Part shown: piece after piece, positions 40,645 through 54,800 of the stretch | Position numbering within the stretch: the first letter of the stretch is position 1 | How the letters are laid out: every line of letters begins with the position of its first letter | Origin: the human T2T-CHM13v2.0 reference genome, Homo sapiens | Strand: one strand, 5' to 3' | DNA length: 64,000 nucleotides | NCBI RefSeq assembly: GCF_009914755.1 | Contig: NC_060926.1 | Translations under genes and position numbers: made by a program | Notes under the pieces: generated by a model | Database searches by the model: none | Told to the model about the DNA's origin: nothing | The model's input: the letters and a program-made list of their open reading frames with translations, nothing else

Positions 40645-41293
40645 ACAATGAGAATACATGGACACAGGAAGGGGAACATCACACTCTGGGGACTGTTGCG
40701 GGGTGGGGGGAGGGGGGAGGGATAGCATTAGGAGATATACTTAATGCTAAATGATGAGTTAATGGGTGCAGCACACCAGCATGGCACATGTATACATATG
40801 TAACTAACCTGCACATTGTGCACATGTACCCTAAAACTTAAAGTATAATAAGAATAATAATAATAATTAATAATAAAAGAAATCAGAGAAAAAAAAAACT
40901 TAGTAACCTAAAAGAACAACATTTATTTGCTCAGAATTCTGCAGTTTGGGCAGGGCTCAGCAAGGATGGTTCATGTTTGCTCTTCATGATGCCAGCTAAC
41001 ATGGCTTGACTGAGGTTGCAAGATGCACTTCCAAGATGGCTCACTCACATGACTAGAAAGTTGGAGCTGGCTGTTGACTGGGAACTCAACTGCTGCTGTT
41101 GACCACAGCTTCAGTTCCTTTCCATGTGGCCTCTCCATGTGGTTACGTTGGGCTTTTCACAGCATGATGGTTGGATTCTGAAATAAAGGATACTAAAAGT
41201 TCTAAGAGAACAAGCCCCACTGTGCAAGCACTTATTCAGCCTCTGCTTGTATCATGTTTGGTCATATCTCATTGGCTAAAACCAGTCACATAG

Positions 41294-42104
41294 TATGATG
41301 AGCAGCATAATGGTCTCCCAAAGATGTCCATGTCCTAATCGCAGAAAACTGAGTATGTTATCTTACATGGCAATAGAGGTTTTGCAGATGTGATTAATGT
41401 TAGGCTCTTGAGATGGAGAAGCTATCTTGGGTTATGTGGTGGGCTCAGTGTAATCACCAGGGTCCTTTATTTTTAATTTTTGAGACAGGGTCTTGTAGGC
41501 TAGAATGCAGTGACACAAAAACAGCTTACTGCAGTCTCTATCTCCTACCTCCCAGGCTCAAGCAATCCTCCCACCTCAGCCTTCCAAGTAGCTGAGACCA
41601 CAGACTTGTGCCACCATGCCCAGCTAATTTTTTTAAATTTTTTGTAGATATGGGGTCTCCCTGTGTTGCCCCAGCTGGCCTCAAACTCCTGGGCTCAAGT
41701 GATCCTCCCATCTCTGCTTCCCAAAGTGCTGGATTTAGAGGTGTGAGCCACTTTGTCCAGCCCAAGGTCCTTACAAGTGAAAGACAGAGACAGGAGAGTC
41801 AGAGTCAGAGAACAAGATGTGATGACAGGAGCAATGATGAGAGTGATGCAGAGTTTGTCTTTGAAGATGGAGGAAGGGGCCACAAGCAAAGGAATCCATG
41901 CAGGCTTTAGAGCCCAGAAAAGGCAAGAAAATGGGCCTTCCCCGGAGCCTCCAGAAGGAACATCCCTGCCAACACTTCGACTTCAGCCAAGTGAGACTCT
42001 TGTTAGACTGCTGATTTCCAGAACCATGAGGTAATAAATCTGTGTTGTTTTAAGCCACTGAGTTTGTGGTAATTTGTTACAGCAGCGAGAGGAAACAAAT
42101 GCAC
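41294..42104 (+). mobile_element. MLT1D-like LTR split by AluJ
   Basis: CCCAAAGATGTCCATGTCCTAATC...AATAAATCTGTGTTGTTTTAAGCCACTGAGTTTGTGGTAATTTGTTACAGCAGC. Confidence 0.85.
41467..41763 (-). mobile_element. AluJ
   Basis: Reverse dimeric Alu; TSD AGGGTCCTT / AAGGTCCTT. Confidence 0.9.
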
Positions 42105-43569
42105 ATGTACAACCCCAGAGTCTGTGTGGGAGGGGCCATACACAGAGGCATGGATCTAGGAGCCATGTTTGGTTGGGGGTGTCACCAAAGTAACGGTCCA
42201 TTATTCAAACTGGCAGACATTTGACAGACCAGAATCTCATGTCATTTTCTTCAGGAAGTAGTTTTGCCCAGAGTTAAATATTTTATGGATGCCTTACAGT
42301 CTTTCTGTTCAAGGTGGATGTTCCATTATCTATGCTTCCCACTGGTTCCAAGTTGAAATTGTAGCTGCCACGCTGAATGTGATACCACTTCAGGCCCTTG
42401 TGTTGGAGCCACTGTAAGCTCCCCTTTCCCTTCCCCAATTTTTATTATGAAAAATTTCCAACATAGAGAAAAGTTTAAAGAATAGTACAGGGCATTTAGG
42501 GATACCGACCACCTAGATTCAAAAATTATTAATATTCTGCCATATTTGCTTAATTTATATGTGCATGCATATCTATGTATATTTTTTGCTGAGCTGTTTG
42601 AAAGTTTCAGACATCAAGTACCTTCACCCCTAAGTACTTTTTAGCACATGTGTCCTAACTATAGGGACATTCTCCTGCTTTGCCACAGTGGTCATTACAC
42701 CTAATAAGATAAAAAATTCTCCACAATCATCTAACATACAGTCTACATTCAAATTTCCCGAGTGGCCAAAACAAATTTTTAGAATTGTTTTTTAAAAATC
42801 TATTCATATGTTACATTTAGTTATTGTCCCTCTAGTCTCTTACTCTAAAATAACCCTCCACTTTTTTCCCTTTCATAGCATTGACTGTTGGAAGAGACCA
42901 GGCCAGTTATCTTGCAGAATGTCCCACATAGTACATTTGCCCAGTTATTTCCTTGCAGTGCTGTCTAACTTATTCTTCTATCCCCTGTATCTCCTGTAAA
43001 TTGAAAGTTATATTCAAAGGCTAGACTAGATGCAGGTTATGCACTTTTCGTAAGAATATTTTTATAAATGATACCATGTCCTGCATATGGCATCACTTCC
43101 AGCACATAATGTCAGGTGTCCCCTGTAGTTGACTTGGTTTAATCATTAGGTTAAAGGGATGAACATGAGGCGATGCCATTGTGAAGGTAGATTTTTTTCC
43201 TTCTGTAATTAGCAAGTAATCTGTTCGGGTGGTACTTTGGCAAGGAGCAGATATGCTGTTTCCCAAGAACTTGTCACCTAATGGCTTTTGCATCCCTTGG
43301 TAACCCTTATGTGAGGTAGCAGGGGTATTGTAAAATGGTGATTTTTAAAATCCTATCATTCTTTCTACATTTATTAGCTGAAAGTTTTTGTAAGGAAGAC
43401 CTCATGTCTCTCTTTGAGTTCTTCCTTGCTTTTAGGCACAATATGCCCCAGACAAATTGTATTTTTATTGTTTCAGGCATAGAATCCGTGATTTTTCTAA
43501 AGAATCCTGGTTCTTTTTAGTGGGACTTACCTCTTAGGCACTAGGGATGCTCGTTCTAAGGCCATTTAG

Positions 43570-43995
<426 letters not shown>

Positions 43996-44333
43996 TCAAA
44001 CTGAAATTTTGATTCCTGTGCGTTAACATGTTTACCTGTTTGTGTATAATACATATATTCACATAAAATAGTCTTAAACTTATAACACCAATATTATTAC
44101 TAACAATAAAACTACCAAGTGAAGCTTTTCTTGGCACTTTCTTTTTGTCCTTAGAATATATCCCGTTACAGATGTACGATCAGAGTTCAAATGAGTTGAA
44201 AAGTCATTTGAAAAAATTCTTTGTGTGATTGTGTTATCAATTTTATAAACAGTTAGCTTCATGTGTTTTGGACTGTAAGGTTTACCCCCCTTTTAAAATT
44301 AATTTTGTTTCTTAGAAAATATAAAACATTATA

Positions 44334-44533
44334 TAGCAGGTCCTCAATGTCATCCATAAGTTGTTGGAAACTGTGACTTTAAATGAAATGACATATAACA
44401 AAACCAATTTTTTTCCTCACAGTGTTATAAGACAATGTTGAATGAAATGATATTATTCCAGGACCTGCTGTATGTCATTTCACTTAAAGTTGCAGTTTCC
44501 AAGAACCTTAACAAGGGCATTAAGTGAAGACTT
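44334..44533. mobile_element. MER6B-like TcMar-Tigger MITE
   Basis: AGCAGGTCCT / AGGACCTGCT and long internal inverted arms. Confidence 0.7.
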
Positions 44534-47048
44534 TATATATGTGGTTTAAAAGTCAAAACCATATAATACAGTAACCTCATAGAAATCTTGATTCCATTCC
44601 TGTCTTTTCTGCTCCATTCTCCTATATAGATAACCATTTTGCTAGTTTTTTTTCTTTCCAGTGCATCTTTTTGTAAAAGAAAAGATTTCATACTCATTCT
44701 TATTTCTCCTTCTTTCTTAGACAAGAGCAGCAGCATGTCCTCTATATTCTTCTTCACCCTGCATTGTCCGCTTTTTAATATAGCCTTGAAATCCCTCCAT
44801 ACCAGCCCTTCAAGGCCATCCTCTTTGTCCATTGCATGTACTTCTCCACTGTGTGGCTACCCCGGAAGGGATTCAGCAGATTCTCTGTCCATAGGCTGTT
44901 GGGTTGTTTCCGGTCTTTTTCTTGCACAGACAGTGCTGCAATGAGTAATCTCTAGTGCATGTCATTTCGTACATGTGAAGGCATATCAGCAAGGGGGATT
45001 GATGGGTCAAAAGATGAAAACAGGTGTAATTTGTCAGATATTGCTACATTCTCCTCTCTGGGGGCTGTACCATTTTGCATTCCCTCAGCAATGTGTGAGA
45101 ACACGTGTCTCCACAGCCTTAACCACAAAATGCTTGTCAAACTTAAGGCTCTTTGCCAATATGATGAATGAGAAATGAGTGTTTCTGTTTTGTTGTATGT
45201 TTATCTTATGAGTAAGGTTACACATTTTTTTCATAGGTCTAAGGGCCATCTCCCCTTTTCTTTCTATAAACTGTGTACATCTTTTGTTCATTTTTCTGTC
45301 ATGTGATTGGTCTTTTTCCTTTCAGAGAATTTCTAAATTAGAGAGATTAAGCCTTTTTCTCTAAATTGCAAATGGTTTCCTTTCTTCGTTTTTTCATTTT
45401 TTAACTTATATTTTTGCAATGCATTTATTTTATTTTTATTTTATCAGTCTTGTATTTCAAATCGTAATCAGAAAGACTTTTCCACTCCCTGGTGATTAAG
45501 GAACAGTCCACTCATGTTTTCTTCTAGTACACATAGAACTTCATTATTTAGTTAGCTGTCTAATGCATTTGGAGTTTTTTTTTTTTTTTCTGGTGAATGG
45601 TATGATAGGGATCCAGTTTTGTTTTTCCAAAAAGTTATGCATCTTTCCCCCAAAGGTTTGAGATGCTACCTTTATCATACACCAAATTTCCACATGGGGT
45701 CTATTTGCCAACTTTCTCTTCTCTTCCATTGATCTGTCAGACCCAAGGTTCTTGAAGTTCATCTTGACCCAGGACAGTGTGCCTCTGTCATATTCTTCCA
45801 TAGTCGAGAGCCAGCCCACCCCAAGATGGTGAAAGCCCAAAACTGAGCACTTAGCCTGCAGCGTGGAGTGGCACGTCTATTCCTGTGGATACTCTAAAAG
45901 CTCTTCCTGGCTCTTGCTGGACTGTCAGGGTACTGTGTACCAATCTGTGCTATTTTGGCTCCTTGTGGAATTGCTTTTGATAAACAAGGCTTATTAGTGA
46001 CAGGTCATGGCCTTGTACTGAGGGATGTGCTAAGGAAAAGCCCTGTAAAACCCAAGGTGTTGAGAATTCACTACATCATTCTCTCACGCCTGATTTTATT
46101 TTTCCTCTTTTTACCCAGCTTTCCTGACATTATTTTCCTTTTATCTTTTTAAATTATGTGCATCTTTGCAAGCAGTTCTGGAGTATATATTGTCGAAAGA
46201 GGAGGGAAGGAAGGAAGGGAATCACATAAGACTGATGACTTTCTGCTGCAGTGAAATATGGAAACGGTGCAGAGTCCTTGATTTCAGGCTGGATTTACTG
46301 CACTCCTCAAAGGAACTTTTCTTGGACAGGTTTACCTAATGCAGAAAAACACCTTTTCTTCCAGGTCAAGCAGCTTTCATCCTTTAAATCTAATCGTTTT
46401 CAGTGAGATAGGAATAAATGCAGAAGGATTTTCAAGCTGATACAGGTTCAGACACGTGTGTTAGATGCCACAGTCAGCTTGAAGCATTTGCTTTTGACTT
46501 TGTTGAACACATCTGCACCTTGACTCATGGTGGCCATCGTGGACGTGTGCTGGAGTAAATCCTGTATTGTCCCTGGGACCAAATGCAGACCTTTCTGCAG
46601 GCATCCACTGCCATCCAGTCACTTGTTTTTGTACATGACGTGTTATCTCCCTCACTTCATGATACTTCTCCCTGGTCCAGTGCCCATTGAACTTGTGCAT
46701 GGGCCACACCACCTCGAGGAGGCCTTGACTGCTTTGTTCCCTTTAGGCCCCCATTTGCTTCAGTACCTAGCCCTGAGCTCTGCTGGTACCTAAGGTGGCT
46801 GCATTGGCCTTGCTTCCTGCTTCATCAATGCCTCTGCACCTTTCTCCTTGCCTGGGAAATTTCTGCATTTGTTGTATTTGATCAAGCATCCATGTAAATA
46901 TAAAAATTCCTGCATCACAAATCAGTCTGCTGCATCTTCCTAACGCTGATAATGGCCTTGGCTGAGGCCCAGTTGTCCCTTCCTGGATGACCAGGCTCCC
47001 CTGAGTCTCAGTGTCTAAACCGTTATTGTGTCATTATTTCTTATCCGA

Positions 47049-47331
47049 AGGGCCCATATCCCTTAGCCAAAATTCTGAAATAGAAAAGGCTCTGCAAACA
47101 GGAAATCATTTGACAGCAAAACCCAGCCTAAACTGACATGAGGCCATTTATAGTCCTTATTTATCCCAATAGATGTGAATCCTTATACCTTTTGCTGTGG
47201 AAATATGACTGTGTCTGATTCTGGGGTACTGTCCCAGAACCTGCTGGGAGTATCATGATATATGACGTTTGTCATCTGAATTTCAAAACATATCTGGTCC
47301 CAAGGACTTGTGATAAGGGATTATGAGCCTG
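47049..47331. mobile_element. MER46C-like Tigger MITE
   Basis: TIRs ...ATCCCTTA / TAAGGGAT...CCTG; internal AACTGACATGAGGCCATTTATAGTC. Confidence 0.8.
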
Positions 47332-47456
47332 GAGGAAATCAGAGGCTGGAGATGCCTGTAATTTCATGTCATATGACTGTCAGGATAGCTCGTGCATAGA
47401 AATGACCCATGCCTAGGTAAGTAAAAGTATATGAGGCCCAAGACTTTGAAAATACT

Positions 47457-47482
47457 CAAAGTATTAGTATACTAATACTTTG
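47457..47482. repeat. Perfect 26-bp palindrome
   Basis: CAAAGTATTAGTA|TACTAATACTTTG. Confidence 0.95.
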
Positions 47483-47639
47483 TATACTAAGGACTTCCCC
47501 ATTCCTGGAAGATCCACAGGACGTGTGAGAAGACTAGGAAAGAGGTTCCCAAATCAGAATATACTAGATGTCCCCAGTCCCCAGAGTTTGTCAATTGCAG
47601 GTGCTCTGACACCAGCAGGTTTCTGGATTTACAAATCTA

Positions 47640-48495
47640 AGAATAATAAGATTTGAAACACTTTCCTTATTCCAGGCACTGTTCTAAGTGCTCAGTATGG
47701 GTAATCTAATCAGATCCTTGTGACAACCCTTTGAGGCAGTTGATATCACCATCCCTTAAACCATGAGGAAACTGAGGTCCATGCAGGTTAAGTGAATCCA
47801 TATCAGTTCAGATGCCCGAAAACACAAACCTCACCAGCTATTTAAGAAAAGATTAATAGAGGGGATTGGGAGTTTCCAGAATTAGAAGGGCCTAGAGGAG
47901 CAGGATGGAGGCTCAGCTTCCAGGAATGATTCTCAACAGGACACTGCATGGCTGGACCCTCAAGATTGCTGCTTCCACAGTCAGGAAAGTTGAGAATCAG
48001 GACTCTATTGCAGGAACTGTCAACCCCAGGAACACCCACTCAACCACCTTCTGGGGACCAGGAGAGGTGACCATGACTGTTTGCTTCAGAGTTGGCATGC
48101 CTTTTGCTGCACCTGCAATCTGCTTTTCAGCACACCTGCAAAACTGGTGACTGGTCTCCTTGCCTGTGCTTGCCAGAGAACGGCAGAATCTACCACCGTA
48201 TGGCCTCCACCTCATTTCCTTAGCCTCTCAAAGCATATGCAAACACGTCTGCTTGGTAGAATCTTAAACACATCTAGAACCTGGAGGTGCAAAGGAATAG
48301 GTCGTTGTCATTTTGCCAACTTTGGCATACAGCAAGGCACATGGGGAGGAAGGTCCAATGGATGTTGATTGAGCCAGTCTGCAGACCCACACATTAAATA
48401 ACTTCCCAGAGCTTACACAGGAAGTGGTGGATCCAGGATTTGAAGCCAGGCTGTGTGTTCCCAGCATCTAAGCTCTGTGAAGTGTACTGCCTCAC
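47640..48495 (-). mobile_element. MIR split by an old MLT1-type LTR (~47800-48392)
   Basis: MIR halves ATGAGGAAACTGAGG and CCAGGATTTGAAGCCAGG flank MaLR-like sequence ending GATGTTGATTGAGCCAGTC. Confidence 0.6.
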
Positions 48496-48686
48496 AGGAA
48501 TCCCGTGAGCTCATGCTTGGGGCTGGCTGGACTCCATGACAAACATGTCTTCTCCATATTCTGTTTCTTCAGCAGGTTCACAGCTCTAGTCCATGTGTCT
48601 GTATGGTACAAGGAGGACTCTTGAGCTGGCTCTGAATCCTTTGAGGACTGATTTTGATGGTGTCTATCTAATGGCTATTGACTGGT

Positions 48687-49115
48687 TGTATCCATTACCC
48701 TTTGATCTAACAATGCTGCCTAACAAGTCACCCTAAAATTCACTGACTTAAAACAGTAGACATGTAATATTGTTCGCCTAGTCTATAGGTTGGCTGGTTC
48801 TTCTCAGCTGGGTTCACTCATGCATCAGTGGTCAGCTGCAGGTCACTTAGGTGGCTCTGCTTATCTTGGCTGGGACCTGTCACATGCTTGGGGTTAGCTG
48901 GCTGATCTCTCACTAAGTAGGCTGGTTTCTCATCCTCCAATAGTCCAGCCAGTGTGTTCTTATAGCAATTTCTGAGAAATGAAAGAGGAAGTTGAAATGT
49001 GCATGCATTTTCCTAAAGCCAGTCACACAGTCATGCTCAAGGTCATGGTGGAAAGGGTACCTCAAAGTTGCCCTCTCTGGATACAGAGAGGCCATTAGTT
49101 GGGGTCATCAACTAA
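48687..49115 (-). mobile_element. MLT1 (H/I-like) LTR
   Basis: AACAATGCTGCCTAACAAGTCACCCTAAAATTCACTGACTTAAAACA. Confidence 0.7.
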
Positions 49116-50099
49116 TTAGAGAACCTTAGGCACAATGTTTAACCTCTCCAATGGCCCATACAACTGAACTCCTTGGAAAGCATAGCTTGGATGAGAGGCG
49201 TGGAGAACCAAGCCCTCTGGAACCCTGCATGTTAAATCTAATATGGAATTCAGCACCCAGGGGCTATCTAGCGAGGCTCTGCCTAAATGAAATCATCTGT
49301 TCTTTTGGCTGGCTTTATTCTGTGCTCAAGCCAGGGCTCCCCAGCTGACTCAGGGACACAGCCATTAACTTGTGGGGCCTGTGCTTAACAGAGCTGCTTC
49401 TCAACAAAGACAGTCTTTTGACATCTCAAGCGGCAAGCTCGATCGCCAATTAAAAAGCTCATGTCCTCAATGTGACAAATACCGGGGAAAACAAGTCTGC
49501 AATTCAGAACACAAGTGGAGGAACATGAAGCAAGTTCATCATGACGGCAGCACCGGCCTTGTTGGAGCTTTCATCTCGCCTCTCGGTGAGACAGAGCACG
49601 ACTCTCCCAAGATTTCCCAGGTCATGCCGCTTAGCTGGGCAAGACGTGCCGCCAGGCCGAGATGGTTCACCCTGCTTCATGGGATCATGTGAAGGGTCAG
49701 GGTTGTTTTTCTATAGCTTAGATTGCGGCCTGCACATCTTACATTTTCTTAATTCATATTTAATAACCTTATAGGGCTCTCCGGTGGCTGTGCTGTGAGA
49801 CAGATCAGGAAGCCAAGGTCGTCCATGCAGCCAGGATCCTGGGGTTCCTTAGGGCCCTGATCCCTTCTCTGCAGAACATTAGGGGCTGCCCCCAAGACTT
49901 CAGCCCTAGAGATTCAATTGGCAGCTTCGATATTGAAAGACTAAAAAAAAATGGACATTCCTCCCGTTTTTCTTTTGGATCCGTTTCCCTTTGAAGTGAA
50001 GTTGCACTGTCTCCCCAGGTCCCCAGTGAAAGCAGAGTTGTGTATCCTCTGGTTTGTTTCTCAGGAGATGTGTTTTAACTAAGTTAATAATAATAATAA

Positions 50100-50450
50100 C
50101 AACAGCTTTATTGATAAATAGTTCACATACCCTATAATTTACCCATTTAAGGTATACAATTCAGTGGTTTTTAATATAGTCACAGATATGTGCAACCATC
50201 CCTATGGCTTATATTAGAGCATTTTCATCATCTCAAAAAGAAACCCCATACACATTAGCAGTCAATCCCCATTTTTCCTTCCCCCAATCACTGGCAACCA
50301 CTAATCTATTGTTTTTTTCTTTTTCACTCAAACAGATTTCTGACAGATCCACTTTCTATGTCTATAGCTTTCCCTGTTCTGGACAGTGGATATCAATGGA
50401 ATTATACAATAATGCGGTCTTTTGTGACTTAATTCTTTCACTTAGCATAA
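50100..50450 (-). mobile_element. L1MB-type 3' end
   Basis: CAGCTTTATTGA...ACCCATTTAAGGTATACAATTCAGTGGTTTTTAATATAGTCACAGA. Confidence 0.85.
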
Positions 50451-50469
50451 ACTAAGGAAATTTTTTTAA

Positions 50470-50710
50470 GTTTGTCTTTGAAGCCAGATGGCTGAGTTTG
50501 AATCCTGGCTCCACATCCTACTCCACTTACCTAAAAACTGGTTTGTTTTTAGGTAAGTGACTTAACCTCTCTGTGTCTGTCTCCTCATCTTAATACAGAG
50601 AGAATTCCAGTGATCACTCCCATAGAACTCCCTGGGTAAATCCATGTAAAGGCTGTATTTGAGCTGTGCCTGGAACACAGTAGGGACCCAGGGAATGTGA
50701 GTTCTCATCA
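50470..50710 (+). mobile_element. MIR containing a perfect 15-bp inverted repeat
   Basis: GAGTTTGAATCCTGGCTCCAC...GTGACTTAACCTCTCTGTG...GTGCCTGGAACACAGTAGG. Confidence 0.85.
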
Positions 50711-51158
50711 TCTTTCTTGTCCTGTGTTCCCTGAAGGCCTTTCTAGCTCTGTTTGGGGAGCCTTGCTTGTTTGTTTTCATTCCCACAGCAAACATCAGTG
50801 GCAGTGTGGACAGCTCTTCCCATATGAATTGCACCTGGGTCATGGGGACTGGGAAGCTGTGCATGCGCCTTGCAAGCTCTCACCCAAGTCTAGAGCCTCC
50901 TGCATCTCCCTCTTCCCAAGGCAGCCTCATGGCCCCACTTGAGGCTCTGAGGTTCTGCCTTTAAGGGAATAGAAAGTTTTTCTCCCCAGCTCCCAGTGAA
51001 AGCAGCTGTTTCCTTGTGAGTGTCCTCCAGGTGGGAGACGGAGGGATTTTGGACGGGCACATTAGTCCATTTTACTCCTCAGGGTTTAAGTTAACAGGAA
51101 TAGTAGAAGGGATCAACGTTGACCCAGAAAACTGGCCCACAGGCCTGCTATTGGGTAA

Positions 51159-51869
51159 TGTACTAGTCCATTCTTTAGTTGCTATAAAGAAGTACCTGAA
51201 GCTGGGTAGTTTATAAAGAAAGGAGTTCATTTGGCTCATGGTTCTGTAGGGTGTCTAGGAAGCATGGCACTGGCATCCTCTCCTGGAGAGGCCTCAGGAT
51301 GCTTCTAATCAGGGCAGAAGGCGAAGAGGGAGCAGGCTGTCACATGACGAGAGGGGGAGCAAGAGAAGGGGGAGGTGCCACTCTTATTTTTATTTTTTCT
51401 TGAAATAGGTCTTGCATTTTCACCCAGTCTAGAGTGCAGTGGTGCGATCACATCTCATTCAAGCCCCAATCTCCTGCCCTCAGTTGATCCTCCCACCTCA
51501 GCCTCTTGAATAGCTGGGACCACAAGCATGTCCCACCGTGCCCAGAAAAAAAAATTTTTTTCTTTTTTTTTTTTTAGAGATGGGGTCTCACTGTGTTGTC
51601 CAGGCTGGTCTCCAGTTCCTGAGCCCAAGTCATCCTCCAACTGCAGTCTCCCAAAGTGCTAGGATTACAGGTGTGAGCCATCATGCCTTACTGTCACAGC
51701 CAGCAGTCTCATGAACTGAGTAAGAACTCACTCATCACCAAGGGGATGGTGCCGAGCCATTCACAAGGGATCCTCCAGGGTCCAATGCCTCCCACCAAGC
51801 CCCACCTCCAACATTGGGGATCTCATTTCAACATGAGATTTGGAGGGGTCACACATCCAAACCGTGTCA
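51159..51869 (-). mobile_element. MST (MSTB-like) MaLR LTR split by AluJ
   Basis: TTGCTATAAAGAAGTACCTGA...TTTCAACATGAGATTTGGAGGGG. Confidence 0.85.
51385..51690 (-). mobile_element. AluJ
   Basis: Reverse dimeric diverged Alu. Confidence 0.9.
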
Positions 51870-54800
51870 GATGGGAAGCTGAGAAAAGTGACATCTGCCT
51901 CTGAAATAGTTCTGGGAACGTCACTGGAGGGTGACTGCCAGGTTCACTCATGCCATCAGCCCCGCCTTTGTGTCCTCAGTAATTTTTACTCTGAGCATAA
52001 TCACAGCCCTCGTTGAGAGGAGCCACTGTCCCTGTTGGTCTTCTTTCTAGAAGTATCTCTTATATACTGATATACAGCAGTGCATTTACATTGTTAACTG
52101 TAAAAATGACACCAACACATTTAGAAAGGCCACCAGATAAAATAAAGAAAAATGTATCCCTCAACGCTGACATACTTACTGGCTTGCTTTTGGAACGTTC
52201 TTCTTTCTGTCTTCAGGTGCTAGAACTTTAGGAGAGTAAGTGGGCTCTGTTGAGGGACTCTGAAGACTGGTCACCCCCCCGCCCACACACACACACACAT
52301 CCCCCAGCACTTGAGCTGCGCTTCCACATAACCACTTCCTTTATGCTGGGACTGTGGTTTCTTTGTGTGTTTTTATGTCTTTTCCATGTCTGGGTCTGGG
52401 TTTGCCTCCCCTGAGAGACCGTAAACTTCTAAAGAACAAGAACTGTGTTGTCTCCTTTTATAGGAGTGTATGTTTCATTAAAAAAAAAAAAAGTAAAAGT
52501 AAATTTTAAAAAACGTTTCTTGTCTATGCCTCCGATGTTCTTATTGACTTGAGGGTTTAGACAGTGTCTCTGAAAATTCTCTGGCAAACACTCCCTGGCC
52601 CCACCATGAACAGCTGGTTGATGTAACCACACCGTAGCTCAGTCACCACGTCACAGGAGCTGTGTCTTCTTCTGCCCGGGAACTACCTGTCCTGTGTGAC
52701 AGAAAAATGCAGCGGTTGCCAGCCAAGGGCCCACAGGCAGGATTCCCCTGAAGCTGTGGGACTTTGCTAACAATGCATCTCCCACATTGAGGCTTTTCAG
52801 AAATGCGATTGAAAATAGAAGTGTGGGTGCAGCATTTTCCTTCCTGCCACATGGGAATTCTGGGGAAAGAGCTCACCTTGAAGGAACAACCTTGCTGGGA
52901 GTGCAGTGGGGGGACCTTTCCCCTGGAGCCGGAGCCCCTGCTGGGTTCTGGCAGCCCCAGGATGCCCACTGAGCTCTGCTTCTCTGGGCACCCTGAGAAA
53001 TGGACGGCAGCGGCCCTGACTCCGGGCTAAGGCAGGGCTTCAATTAAGCCAGAGAAACACGATTTATTATCAGCATGTTTTCAGTTCCAAGCCGTGCTTT
53101 GAAAAGGTCACCTTATATGAATATTTAGAAAAAGCAAGATCATAAAATAAGAGGGACTTGGTATTTTGTTTTGTATTTTTTTTTTAGAAGAAAATTCAGG
53201 CTCACTGGTAACTTACAATGGGCAAACTCTAGCACTTTTTATTTAACCTGCATTTACCCTTTAAAAATGGGGAGGAGGTTTTAGAACTGCATTTGAGGAG
53301 ACTTTCTGTGTCCAGGGGATTTTACAGCGTTTGAAACCAGGGCAGTGAGCCTTACACCCGGGACCCAAGGTCCGCTTGCTGACTAAATGCCCATTAAAAC
53401 AGCAAATGAGGAGGCCAGGTCTGCTTTGAAGAGCCTAGCCTAATTGTGTTGTATTTGTGTCAGCTGATGGCTACTTTTTTCATTAGGGACTTTTAACCTG
53501 TGGGTCATCTTTTGAAATACACATTCGATTGAGTCAGTTCTTCCTTTAAGACTTCAATTGGCTCTCCTTGCCCGAGGAGAAAGCTGGGCCCCTGACCCTC
53601 CCGCCCCGGCCCCTTGAGATCTGGACACAGCCTTGCCTCAGAACTCAGCCTGTCACCTCCCCTCCCCTCCTGTCACGTCCTGTGTCCCATTCCAGTCCCA
53701 TAGTGAGGGGACTTAGTGGATTATATTGTAGGATGAGCTTAGTTAAAGATTAAACGAGTATGTTTATTCTTTATTTCACAGAGTAATTGTTTTAAAACGA
53801 ATTTTATTTTTATGCTTAGTAGGATGGATTTTATTTAAACCCCCAGGCAGACTCCATTTAAATCTGTCTATAAATTGTATAGTCTTGATGTTTTTGTATA
53901 ACTTTGATATACATTCTTTACAAAATCCCGGTTTTATTTTTACAAGATGAAGATTATACATTTTAAAGCAGTTATTTCGTCAGCTTTTTCTGTCTCCTTG
54001 TATAATCATATCAGAGGACTGAATAATGATTTCGTTATTTCATTTGCACAGTCTCTCGTGACTGCTAAGCACTCTGCTTGTAGTTCCTGTTTTTTGCTAT
54101 TCCTCTGTTCTTGCGTTTTTTTCTGCAATCTCTCCCCGCCTTGCCCAGATCTCTTCCTCAATGATTTTTTTTTAAATTTTGTACAACAAATATTCCTCGG
54201 TGCCTCCTGCCCACCAGACACTATGCCAGGTGCCAAGTGTAGAATGCAGATTAAACAGCCAGGTTGTCTACCCCTTGGCACTTGGCATGGAATTCCGTGG
54301 CGCCTTTCCATTAAAGAGGGCTAAGGGCTGTCAGCTGAATTTGACAACTCGTAGAAACAGGAACAGTGGGTTGGGGGGGGGGGCATTTATTTCTCTCGCA
54401 TCTGCAGCCTCTGTGCAATCAGTTTGTCATCTCTGAAGACAAATTTATTGTGAATTAAATAAGATCACCCTTTGATGTCTCTTGAATGTGGCCTCTTCTC
54501 AGGCCTGGCTCCTTCTGGTAGAGCTGTTGTCTTTAGTTTCTGGCATTATCAATAACAAAATCTTGGCCCACCCATAAAATTGTCCCACTTCCATAATCCT
54601 TGACCTCTTGTGACTGATTAGTAAAGCTCTGTAAAAAGGTTACCTGAAAATATATTTTATAAATACCGTGTATTATGATTCAGAGTTACACCTCGTGCCT
54701 AAAATATGTTCTTCAACTTTAACCTATTTTAAGTTGAAATAGTTTTGCTAGATTTGGTTGGTTTATCATTACTGTTGTTATCAACATTGGTTTGGTCTGT

